IMG/VR virus record: IMGVR_UViG_2693429897_000002
Length of the DNA: 64,000 nt
Direction: 5' to 3' (one strand)
Source: a virus
In this document: positions 1 to 7,877 of the stretch, in pieces
Layout of the letters: the number at the start of each line of letters is the position of its first letter
Position numbering within the stretch: the first letter of the stretch is position 1
Position numbers and translations under genes: made by a program
Notes under the pieces: generated by a model
Told to the model about the DNA's origin: nothing
Seen by the model: the letters and a program-made list of their open reading frames with translations, nothing else
Database searches by the model: none

Positions 1-9
1 GTATATGCT

Positions 10-772
10 GTCCGGGCTTGGCCACGCCGCTTCTTCTGCTAGGATGATGTTTGAGGCGCGTCGCTGCAAGTGACGGTCCGGGCTTGGCCACGCCGCTTCT
101 TCTGCTAGGATCCTGAAAAACTGGACACCGCCGGCCATTCCCGTCCGGGCTTGGCCACGCCGCTTCTTCTGCTAGGATGATCGCCAAGCGCATCGGCAAG
201 GAAAGCTAGTCCGGGCTTGGCCACGCCGCTTCTTCTGCTAGGATTCGGGGCGCGGCCACCGCGTCGGGATTTATGTCCGGGCTTGGCCACGCCGCTTCTT
301 CTGCTAGGATCGATATTGACGAAGCCCTCGCGCCCTATGGGTCCGGGCTTGGCCACGCCGCTTCTTCTGCTAGGATCCCCGTGACCCGGCTGATGACGAC
401 GAAACAGTCCGGGCTTGGCCACGCCGCTTCTTCTGCTAGGATAGACCATTCACGACATCCACTCCTCAACCAGTCCGGGCTTGGCCACGCCGCTTCTTCT
501 GCTAGGATATCACTGAACATGTCCCTGATGCTGATCGAGTCCGGGCTTGGCCACGCCGCTTCTTCTGCTAGGATTGACCAGATAGTCGACCGACCGGATG
601 GTCAGTCCGGGCTTGGCCACGCCGCTTCTTCTGCTAGGATGATCATGATCGACATGATCCCGAAGGTCTAGTCCGGGCTTGGCCACGCCGCTTCTTCTGC
701 TAGGATACAGGCGTCCCGTTTGAGCGCTCCATCCTAGTCCGGGCTTGGCCACGCCGCTTCTTCTGCTAGGAT
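10..772 (+). CRISPR. Type II-C CRISPR array: 12 identical 36-bp repeats, 11 full spacers (ten of 30 nt, one of 31 nt); probably continues left of the window
   Basis: GTCCGGGCTTGGCCACGCCGCTTCTTCTGCTAGGAT at 10, 76, 143, 209, 275, 341, 407, 473, 539, 605, 671 and 737. The + strand is inferred as the crRNA strand because the repeat ends in an extended -10-like TGCTAGGAT, it is complementary to the tracrRNA, and a terminator follows the last repeat. Confidence 0.99.
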
Positions 773-775
773 CTA

Positions 776-811
776 CCCCGCGCAACCTCTTGTTGCGCGG
801 GGCTTTTTCTT
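776..811 (+). terminator. Intrinsic terminator for crRNA transcripts, between the array and the convergent cas2
   Basis: Perfect 11-bp stem CCCCGCGCAAC / GTTGCGCGGGG with loop CTCTT, followed by CTTTTTCTT. Confidence 0.85.
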
Positions 812-844
812 GGCTGAGCCGCAGAAAAAACGCTCCTTGCCTGC

Positions 845-1195
845 TCAAAACAGCACGAGTTGAGCCGGTTTTTCTGCAGGGGCCTTCGATCTACGCTTGC
901 CGTGGAAAACCTGACTGAGGGCATATTGCTTGTCCGTGAAGAACAGCACCTGCACATGGCCGGGGTCCGGGACGACGTCGCCAACATGTCTTGCATAGCT
1001 CTCGGCCTTTTCCTTGCTCCACGCGTGCCGAAGATAGACCGAAAACTGAACCATTTCAAAGCCAAGGTCCAACAGATCGTTGCGAAACCGCGTGGCCCGC
1101 TTGCGTTCGGCGCTGGTCAGCACCGGCAGATCGAAAAGCACCCATACCCACATGATTCTGTATCCTGAAAGCTGTTTGAAGCCATTTTCATTCAT
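845..1195 (-). CDS. cas2: CRISPR-associated endoribonuclease Cas2
   Basis: MNENGFKQLSGYRIMWVWVLFDLPV...FEMVQFSVY motif. The ATG at 1195 overlaps the cas1 stop (ATGAATGA). The longer ORF-track start lies inside cas1. Confidence 0.95.
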   Translation of the reverse strand: MNENGFKQLSGYRIMWVWVLFDLPVLTSAERKRATRFRNDLLDLGFEMVQFSVYLRHAWSKEKAESYARHVGDVVPDPGHVQVLFFTDKQYALSQVFHGKRRSKAPAEKPAQLVLF

Positions 1196-2102
1196 CGTCG
1201 TGGACTTCAGAGGCGATGGGGATTGGCCGGTCCGGGAAGATGAGGCGCAGTTTGCCGTTTTCACACGACTGGGCGAGACTTTGCGCAAGGCGCACAAGAA
1301 CCTGAGAAAGCGGGCTTGCGCCTTGTGACGTCGGGAAATCGGCCGCAAGGCTGGCCACCAGTGCACCGCGCGCCTCGGCGACCTCGGTGATGCCCTCCGC
1401 GCAAAGGCGACGGACGATCAGGTCGACGGTGGGGCGGAAAGGCTCCATCAGATCATCGGCCAGCGCCAGCGCATCGCCGCCTGAGCGATGATGGACGGAC
1501 AAGGACGGATGCAGCCCCGCGGCCACGATCGCGCGGCCAGTCGCTGCTCTCAGAACGGCATAGCCATAGTTCAGCAGGGCATTCGCGCCCGAGGTGTCGC
1601 GGTCACGCCGAAATGCCTTGTCCATCATCAAAGGCCAATAGGCCTGCGCAGCTTGGGCCTCGCGATTGTCAGGGTCGCCGGAGCGCACGGCTGTTGCCAG
1701 TCGTCGCAATCGCTCGGAGGGCTCGTTCACGCGCTCGAGCGCCTCCGCCTGTGCGGTGATCTTGTGGCGGACCAGAGTGGCCCAGGCCTGCTTGCGAAAC
1801 GGCAATGACGCATCAGCCTGTGCCCTGATCCGATGCGCCTGCTGGAAATGCCCGTTGAGCGGCAACATTACCGCCACCGGGGTGAAGTCCTGGCCCAGCA
1901 CCATGACTGGCACCTGCCGTGCCGCAAGTTCGGCAAGCGCTGTGTTCGACCAGACCATTCCGGGACTGGCCACCAGCACCGCCTCCACATCATCAAACGC
2001 GATGCGCCCGGCCTCGCCGTCGCTTGTATCTACCGCCAGGAACCCGCGGCGCTTGTGCACCGAAAGCCCGGGCTTCGTCAGTTCCAGTATCCGTCCAACC
2101 AT
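1188..2102 (-). CDS. cas1: Type II CRISPR-associated endonuclease Cas1
   Basis: 304 aa with NREAQAAQAYW, NALLNYGYAVLR and LADDLMEPFRP motifs; lies between cas9 and cas2. Confidence 0.97.
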   Translation of the reverse strand: MVGRILELTKPGLSVHKRRGFLAVDTSDGEAGRIAFDDVEAVLVASPGMVWSNTALAELAARQVPVMVLGQDFTPVAVMLPLNGHFQQAHRIRAQADASLPFRKQAWATLVRHKITAQAEALERVNEPSERLRRLATAVRSGDPDNREAQAAQAYWPLMMDKAFRRDRDTSGANALLNYGYAVLRAATGRAIVAAGLHPSLSVHHRSGGDALALADDLMEPFRPTVDLIVRRLCAEGITEVAEARGALVASLAADFPTSQGASPLSQVLVRLAQSLAQSCENGKLRLIFPDRPIPIASEVHDDE

Positions 2103-2158
2103 GAGAGCCTCCTTTAGGGAATGCGCCCGAGCGGTTGGCCTGCCTGTTAGCCCATTTT

Positions 2159-5100
2159 CTAAACTGTCCCATGCGGGATCGTGTGAACCCGCCCCAATTC
2201 GTCGATCCGCACGCGCCGGGCGCGGCGGAGCTTCAGTTTGCTGATCGTGGCAAGATCCCAGCGGAAGGGATCGTTTGGCTCGTTGTGCCGTTCGTCAAAC
2301 TTGCCTGCGTCGTTTATGCCGACGAGCCGCATTCTGTTGGCGCTCGGTTCCAAGCGTACGATCCTCTTGATCTGGTTGCTTCCTTCCACGACACACTTGT
2401 TTCTGTCGTCCCAATCGAACACTTGAATGGTGTCATTCTTGTGGACGCGCATGATGAAACGTGCGCTGGGGTGCGCGACGTTCCAGGGCTCGGCCCCACC
2501 CGAGTTTGCCGCCCAGATGTCTGTGGCGTGCTGAAACCATGTGCCGTCAGGCGCTTCTAGGATGTCGAGCCAGGAGATTTCACCGGGCACCAGCCATTTG
2601 TAGGGCTTGCCATCACGGTCATGAACGGGGCGAACGCCAGCTTCGGGCTTCAGGATACGCAGTTTGCGGTGGCCGGTTTCCTGAACCCATTTCGCCAGCG
2701 CCTCGGGCAGGCGCTTCTTGCGCTCTGCCTCCGGCAAGGATTTGTCGCGGGCTAAACTGGTGGCATCCTGCAGACTGAGGCGCATCTTGACGTCGCGCAC
2801 CTGTCCGATTTCCTTTTCGGTCAAGCCGGTTATGGGTTTGCGCACAACGACATTGCCGATGGTGCGCTCGGCCTGGTTCTCTGGCACATCCCGCACAAGA
2901 CCAAAGACTGTATCCTCATGCAGCCTGCCGCTGGTCTGCGATGGATCGGTTGGGTCGATGCTGCCGTGTTGCGCACGATGGCTGACGTTGACCTTTTCGA
3001 CGGCAGCCAGCACGGCGTCGCGGAAACCTTCGAAGGGTTCTGGCGGCGCGGGTAACACGCGGTCCAGCCGCTCCACCCCCAGGTTCCGCGCATGGGTCTG
3101 CAACACCTGCACCATCCGCCGGTCGATCACGCCCACCACGGCGGCGTCGATCGCATGGTGGCGGTGATCGTCGCGTGACTTACGGTTGTGATCGCCCAGG
3201 TTCAGACCCCAGCGGTGCCGCAACATCGCGGTCATGCGACCGGGCAGGACCCAGACATGGCTGCGTCGCTTGCCCTCGGCATCGGTTTTCGGGAACAGCG
3301 CCTCGGTATAGGCGCGGACAACTCGGGCCAGATAGCCGGTGGCGTTCAACTGGCGATCCTCGAAACCGCGCGTCTCTTCCCATTTTTCCATGGCACCGGG
3401 CAGAAACCGCCAGGCCTTGTTGGCGGGCAGGTGTTTCGTGCGCCCGATGATGGCAGCCAGATCGAAGAAGTCTGGCTGCCGGTCGGCCGCTGCAGCCGGC
3501 GACAGCTTGCCCTTGCGGCGGTTGGCATCGCGGAAACACAGGCTCTTGTTGGCTGGACTGTCGTCGAAGGTTTGCTCGAAGGGCAGGATATGATCGATCT
3601 CGATCTCGTCGGAATGCAGCTGATGCAGCGCGATGGGGCGACCGGTGTAGGGACAGAGCCGATCTGCCGGGCCTCTGCCAATCTCCTCCCATAGGCGCAT
3701 CCTCAAGAACCGGTCGCCGATCCGCGCGCCTTCCACCAGCAGCCCCGCTTTCTGAAGCTCGGCACGCCAGCGATCATTGCGTTTTTCGTTGTCGCGGATG
3801 GTTTTCTCGATCTTGTTCAGTTCCTCGGCTGACTTGGCCATGTCTCGCGTGGCCTCGATGACGACCTGCGCAGGCTTACCGTATTCTGCGATCAGCGCAT
3901 TCATCACGCGCCGGAACTGGCCCAAGGCGATGTGCACGGTCGGGTTGGTGATCCGGCCATAGCGCAGCAGGTCCGTGTCTTTCGGATCGCTGGTTCCGTT
4001 GCCGATCATGCGCTGTAGAACGGGCAGCCGGTTGTAGGGCGGCAGGGTATCGACGCCTTCTTCGGCCTGAAAATCGGAGTGGTCCAGCCCCGCCCCGCCA
4101 AGCAAAGGCGCGCGCCGGACGGCTTCGTCATAGGGAATGACGTCGCAGCGCAGTTTTTCGACAATCGCCTGCGTCGCTGTCTTGCAGAAACGCAGGTGAC
4201 CGTCCGGCAGTGGGATCTTCTCGACCCTTTCCGCCACCTCGCGAGAAAGCCCGAGCCTTTCCATAAGCCAGCAGATGAGCTCTTCCGGGTCTGCGACCTC
4301 CGATATCTGCCACAGGATTTCCTCTTGCGTGGCGCTGTCGAGGGTCGGCCAGAGCGTCGCCAGCGGTCCGGGTTTCTTCGTATCGCCCAGCAGTCGTGCC
4401 GCCACGTCATTCCGTGCAAGCTCCTTCAGGCCGCCCTTTTCGAGGTTGAACTCGGCCTGTGACGGCAGCTTCAGGGTCTTTTTCAGGCCCGACCATGACA
4501 GTTTTGTTCCAGCCATCAACGTACGCGCGACAAGATCCCGCGCGGTGATGTCCAGTGGCTGTTCGCCTTGATCGTCGACGATGCGCAAATGGTTGAGCTG
4601 TGACAGGATCAGAAACTCCTGTGCGGCCGGGTGCCAGCGCGGCAGCCGGTCCTGATCGGGGAAGAATGTGCATTTCCCCGGACGGACGGGGCGCAGGGGG
4701 CGCTGAAAGAAGATGGTGTCGCGCAGCCGCTCGTGCATCGCTTCGGTCAGGGACGGGTGGAAGCCCGCTTGGATGGCCCAGATGTGATCGAACTCGGCCT
4801 CCAGAAGAGCGCGTGTCGGGTAGAATTCGTAGGACAGCTTTGCGCCGTCGCCTGCCGGGCGTATGCGCGTTCCTTCACCTCGGACGAGGCGCGCGTGCAG
4901 AAAGGCGCCGTATGTCGGGTGCCCGTCTGCCCTCAGTCGCTCTAGAAGGGCGGCCGAGGCGATCGCGATCTTGCCCTTTTCATCCGCATCCTTGTCGGCG
5001 CGGCGGTTGCTCTTGAAACCGCGATGTTTCGACATGTGCCAGAGTGCCCGGCCAAGTTGTTCCAGAGCCACCTGTTCGCGCGCGGCCCGAGCCCGTGCTT

Positions 5101-5398
5101 CGATGGGATTTGCGGCAAAGACCGCGCTGCGGGCATCTGCATCTGATGGCAGCAGGCCAAACCCGATCAGGTCATCGAGCAGCCGCTTCCTTCGTCCCAG
5201 GCTTCGATCCTGCCTCCGCCTTGCGCCGCGCGGCATTCTGCGGCCAGCGGCATTCGACTCCTTCGACTGTGGATCCCGACCGTTTGGGAAGATCCTCACC
5301 CCTGTCCTTTCAATGGAAGCGGGCCGCGTGTCATTGGTCAAGCGATAGACGGCCCAGCCAAGGGAGTTGGTTCCGAGGTCGAAAGCGAAACGATACAT
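2159..5398 (-). CDS. cas9: Type II-C Cas9 (1079 aa), catalytic motifs intact
   Basis: RuvC-I FAFDLGTNSLGW, Arg-rich bridge helix, RuvC-II VIEATRD, HNH IDHILPF...DANRRK and RuvC-III RHHAIDA; RBS GGAGG upstream; no csn2 or cas4 in the operon. Confidence 0.98.
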   Translation of the reverse strand: MYRFAFDLGTNSLGWAVYRLTNDTRPASIERTGVRIFPNGRDPQSKESNAAGRRMPRGARRRQDRSLGRRKRLLDDLIGFGLLPSDADARSAVFAANPIEARARAAREQVALEQLGRALWHMSKHRGFKSNRRADKDADEKGKIAIASAALLERLRADGHPTYGAFLHARLVRGEGTRIRPAGDGAKLSYEFYPTRALLEAEFDHIWAIQAGFHPSLTEAMHERLRDTIFFQRPLRPVRPGKCTFFPDQDRLPRWHPAAQEFLILSQLNHLRIVDDQGEQPLDITARDLVARTLMAGTKLSWSGLKKTLKLPSQAEFNLEKGGLKELARNDVAARLLGDTKKPGPLATLWPTLDSATQEEILWQISEVADPEELICWLMERLGLSREVAERVEKIPLPDGHLRFCKTATQAIVEKLRCDVIPYDEAVRRAPLLGGAGLDHSDFQAEEGVDTLPPYNRLPVLQRMIGNGTSDPKDTDLLRYGRITNPTVHIALGQFRRVMNALIAEYGKPAQVVIEATRDMAKSAEELNKIEKTIRDNEKRNDRWRAELQKAGLLVEGARIGDRFLRMRLWEEIGRGPADRLCPYTGRPIALHQLHSDEIEIDHILPFEQTFDDSPANKSLCFRDANRRKGKLSPAAAADRQPDFFDLAAIIGRTKHLPANKAWRFLPGAMEKWEETRGFEDRQLNATGYLARVVRAYTEALFPKTDAEGKRRSHVWVLPGRMTAMLRHRWGLNLGDHNRKSRDDHRHHAIDAAVVGVIDRRMVQVLQTHARNLGVERLDRVLPAPPEPFEGFRDAVLAAVEKVNVSHRAQHGSIDPTDPSQTSGRLHEDTVFGLVRDVPENQAERTIGNVVVRKPITGLTEKEIGQVRDVKMRLSLQDATSLARDKSLPEAERKKRLPEALAKWVQETGHRKLRILKPEAGVRPVHDRDGKPYKWLVPGEISWLDILEAPDGTWFQHATDIWAANSGGAEPWNVAHPSARFIMRVHKNDTIQVFDWDDRNKCVVEGSNQIKRIVRLEPSANRMRLVGINDAGKFDERHNEPNDPFRWDLATISKLKLRRARRVRIDELGRVHTIPHGTV

Positions 5399-5448
5399 AG
5401 GCCCTCCGAAATGCTTGCCAAGCCAGCATATTCCGGGATACCCTAAAA

Positions 5449-5535
5449 TTCCTAGCAGAAGAAGCGGCGTGGTCTTTCCCGCGATAAGGTTAAAACCACA
5501 CCATTGGGGCAGGCTGCGGCCTGCCCCATCTGTTT
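5449..5535 (+). ncRNA. tracrRNA, divergent from cas9
   Basis: 23-nt perfect anti-repeat TCCTAGCAGAAGAAGCGGCGTGG (5450-5472), then CCCGCGAT able to pair with the repeat 5' end, an AAGG nexus with a GGTTAAAACC hairpin, and a 10-bp hairpin TGGGGCAGGC-TGCG-GCCTGCCCCA followed by TCTGTTT. Exact ends are inferred. Confidence 0.92.
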
Positions 5536-5921
5536 CAGACCGATTGCCTGGATGTCTGCGCTTTCCAATCCAGCGGAAACGGCTCCATCAAATTCGCCAG
5601 CGTCACGTCCGGCCCCTGTGTTCCGTCCACGATTGCCTCGACTATGTCCGGTGCCAGCAGCGTCAGACGTAGGACGCGCGTCATGTAGGACGGCGCGATC
5701 CCCTCGCGTTCAGTCAGTTCGGCGATGGTGGCAAACTCCCCGGAATCCACCATGCGCTTCCACCGGTATGCGCGTGCAAGCGCCTTGACCAGCGTATTGT
5801 CGTTCCGGCGCGACTGCGCGACTCCCTCCGGCAGTTGCATTTCCTTGCGGCCGCCGCGCTTCACGACACCGAATGGGACGTGGAGCGTCACCGTCTCGGG
5901 GATCGGCGCCCCGCGGGTCAT
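5535..5921 (-). CDS. Conserved HTH-type protein downstream of the large serine recombinase
   Basis: 128 aa; paralog of 34975-35373 (LVKALARAYRWKRM...IAEL...EGIA..YM.RVLRLTLLAPDIV); ATGA overlap with the recombinase stop. Confidence 0.8.
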   Translation of the reverse strand: MTRGAPIPETVTLHVPFGVVKRGGRKEMQLPEGVAQSRRNDNTLVKALARAYRWKRMVDSGEFATIAELTEREGIAPSYMTRVLRLTLLAPDIVEAIVDGTQGPDVTLANLMEPFPLDWKAQTSRQSV

Positions 5922-7243
5922 GCGGCCGCACCCATATCGCCGGCCAGCATCTCGCGCGCGAGGCCGGCGAGACCGTCAACGCGCAGCCGGACATTCAGGC
6001 CGTCCGCGCCGATGTCTACGCGTTCGACCAGCAGCGCCACGATGCGCGCCTGCTCGGCGGGGAAAAGTTTGTCCCACAGCGGTTCGAGCTGCTGCAACGC
6101 CGCGCGGGCGTCGGCCTCGGTGATGTCGTCGGCATGGGCGCGGGCGGCCTTCCACGTCCCTGCGACGATCTCTGGCTGGCGGAATACGGCGCGAAGCTGG
6201 TCGATCACTGCGGCCTCGATCTCGCCCGCTGGCACGCGGCCGATGGGGCAGGATCCAGCACCATGCTTCAGCACGGTCTGACTGACATAGTAGCGGTAGA
6301 GACGATCCCCCTTCCGGGTATGCGTCGGTGAGAACGCGGCGCCATCTGGGCCGAACAGTAGCCCCTTCAGCAGCGCGGGCGTGTCGGCGCGTGTGCGGGC
6401 GGCGCGCTTCCGGGGGCTCTCCTGCAGGATGGCGTGAACCTTGTCCCACATCTCGCGCTCGATGATCGCGTCATGCTCACCGGGATAGCTGTCGCCCTTG
6501 TGGACCGCCTCGCCAATGTAGGCGCGGTTGTTCAGCATCCGATAGATGAACTTCTTGTCGATGCGGTGGCCGCGGCGGGTCGTGACGCCGCGCGCGGCCA
6601 GTTCCCGCGCCAGCACGGTGCCCGAGCCGATCTCGATGAAGCGGGCGAAGACCCAGCGGACATGTGCGGCATCGCCGGGGTTTTCCACCAACTTGCGGTC
6701 CTTGACCACATAGCCCAACGGCGGGACGCCGCCCATCCACATGCCCTTGCGGCGGGAGGCGGCGATCTTGTCGCGAATGCGTTCGCCGGTCACTTCGCGC
6801 TCGAACTGGGCGAAGCTGAGCAGAATGTTCAGCGTCAGCCGTCCCATGGACGTGGTGGTGTTGAAGGACTGGGTTACCGAGACGAAGGTCACCCCGTTCC
6901 GGTCAAACACCTCGACAAGTTTGGAAAAATCCATCAGCGAGCGCGACAGGCGGTCGATCTTGTAGACCACCACCACGTCGACGAGCCCGTCTTCGATGTC
7001 GGCCAGCAGCCGTTTCAGGCCGGGGCGTTCCAGCGTGCCGCCAGAAACCCCACCGTCGTCATACTGGTCGCGCACCAGCACCCAGCCCTCGGAGCGTTGG
7101 CTGGCGATGTAGGCCTCGCAGGCCTCCCGCTGGGCGTGGAGGCTGTTGAACTCCTGCTCCAGCCCTTCTTCCGAGGATTTTCGGGTATAGACGGCGCAGC
7201 GCAGCTTGCGGAGCACCTTCGATTTTTCCGGTGGCTTCGTCAT
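5918..7243 (-). CDS. Large serine recombinase (integrase), 441 aa
   Basis: CAVYTRKSSEEG catalytic motif, VVVYKIDRLSRS and FAQFERE plus recombinase DNA-binding domain; real start MTKPPEK at 7243 overlapping the DUF2924 stop. Confidence 0.93.
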   Translation of the reverse strand: MTKPPEKSKVLRKLRCAVYTRKSSEEGLEQEFNSLHAQREACEAYIASQRSEGWVLVRDQYDDGGVSGGTLERPGLKRLLADIEDGLVDVVVVYKIDRLSRSLMDFSKLVEVFDRNGVTFVSVTQSFNTTTSMGRLTLNILLSFAQFEREVTGERIRDKIAASRRKGMWMGGVPPLGYVVKDRKLVENPGDAAHVRWVFARFIEIGSGTVLARELAARGVTTRRGHRIDKKFIYRMLNNRAYIGEAVHKGDSYPGEHDAIIEREMWDKVHAILQESPRKRAARTRADTPALLKGLLFGPDGAAFSPTHTRKGDRLYRYYVSQTVLKHGAGSCPIGRVPAGEIEAAVIDQLRAVFRQPEIVAGTWKAARAHADDITEADARAALQQLEPLWDKLFPAEQARIVALLVERVDIGADGLNVRLRVDGLAGLAREMLAGDMGAAA

Positions 7244-7686
7244 GTCCGCCCCCTGTGGTTTTTCAGCCCGAAGAACACCCAGCCGTTCCAGCGCGTGCCG
7301 GTGATGGCCCGGGCGATCGCGGACAGCGACTTGTACGGCCGCCCCTGCCATTCGAACCCGTTCTGCAAGACGGTCACGACCTGCTCGACGCCTTGATACT
7401 CGCGGAGCAGCCTTGTCCCGGCGATCGGCATCATGTCGGCGCGGATGCGGCTCTTCTTCCGGTCGCCGCCGTCCAGGTCTTCGCCCAGCCGTTCGAGCCG
7501 CCGGATCGTCTCGGGCTTCAGCCCGCCATAGGCCAGTTCCTGGATACGATAGGCTAGGCGGCTTTCCAGATATCGCCGGTTGAACGGCGGTGGCGCGCTG
7601 TCGAAGAGCTCGCGCCACTGCTGCTTCAGGTCGGGCGTCGGGGTCGTCTTCAACGCGGCCAGGCGCGCGGGGATCGGGTCGGTCAT
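7240..7686 (-). CDS. DUF2924-family protein
   Basis: MTDPIPARLAALKT...LAYRIQELAYGGL...GTRLLREYQG...YKSLSAIARAITGTRWNGWVFFGL; paralog of 36674-37123. Confidence 0.88.
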   Translation of the reverse strand: MTDPIPARLAALKTTPTPDLKQQWRELFDSAPPPFNRRYLESRLAYRIQELAYGGLKPETIRRLERLGEDLDGGDRKKSRIRADMMPIAGTRLLREYQGVEQVVTVLQNGFEWQGRPYKSLSAIARAITGTRWNGWVFFGLKNHRGRT

Positions 7687-7877
7687 GCAACTCTCCGTTT
7701 TGGGGTGGTTGCATGACCGCTCTGGTCGGGCGGAAAGTGAAGCGAAGTTTCTCCATCCACAGCAGATACTTCTGCCGCGTCTCTCATCTTCAATCGGCAC
7801 AGGCCACGGGCGAGAATGGCGCAAAGCTCGGCGCGGCGTTCGAGCGGCTTCATAAGGGCTGCAGGATAGGGGTTCAC
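7683..7877 (-). CDS. Small conserved protein upstream of DUF2924 (64 aa, GTG start)
   Basis: ERRAELCAILARGLCRLKMR is homologous to ERRAELCRLLAAGLVRLRMR at 37120-37323; overlaps both neighbours by 4 nt. Confidence 0.6.
   Translation of the reverse strand: MNPYPAALMKPLERRAELCAILARGLCRLKMRDAAEVSAVDGETSLHFPPDQSGHATTPKRRVA

Noticed and set aside
105-848. Repetitive ORFs over the CRISPR array (e.g. PSRRSGVAKPG and SGLGHAASSAR repeats)
   Set aside because: Translation artefacts of the 66-bp repeat-spacer period; not proteins
2159-5398. Cas9 as a novel nuclease
   Set aside because: Canonical II-C architecture, and it appears to correspond to the already characterised DfCas9 (recalled; confirm by BLASTP). 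Only its genomic context is flagged.
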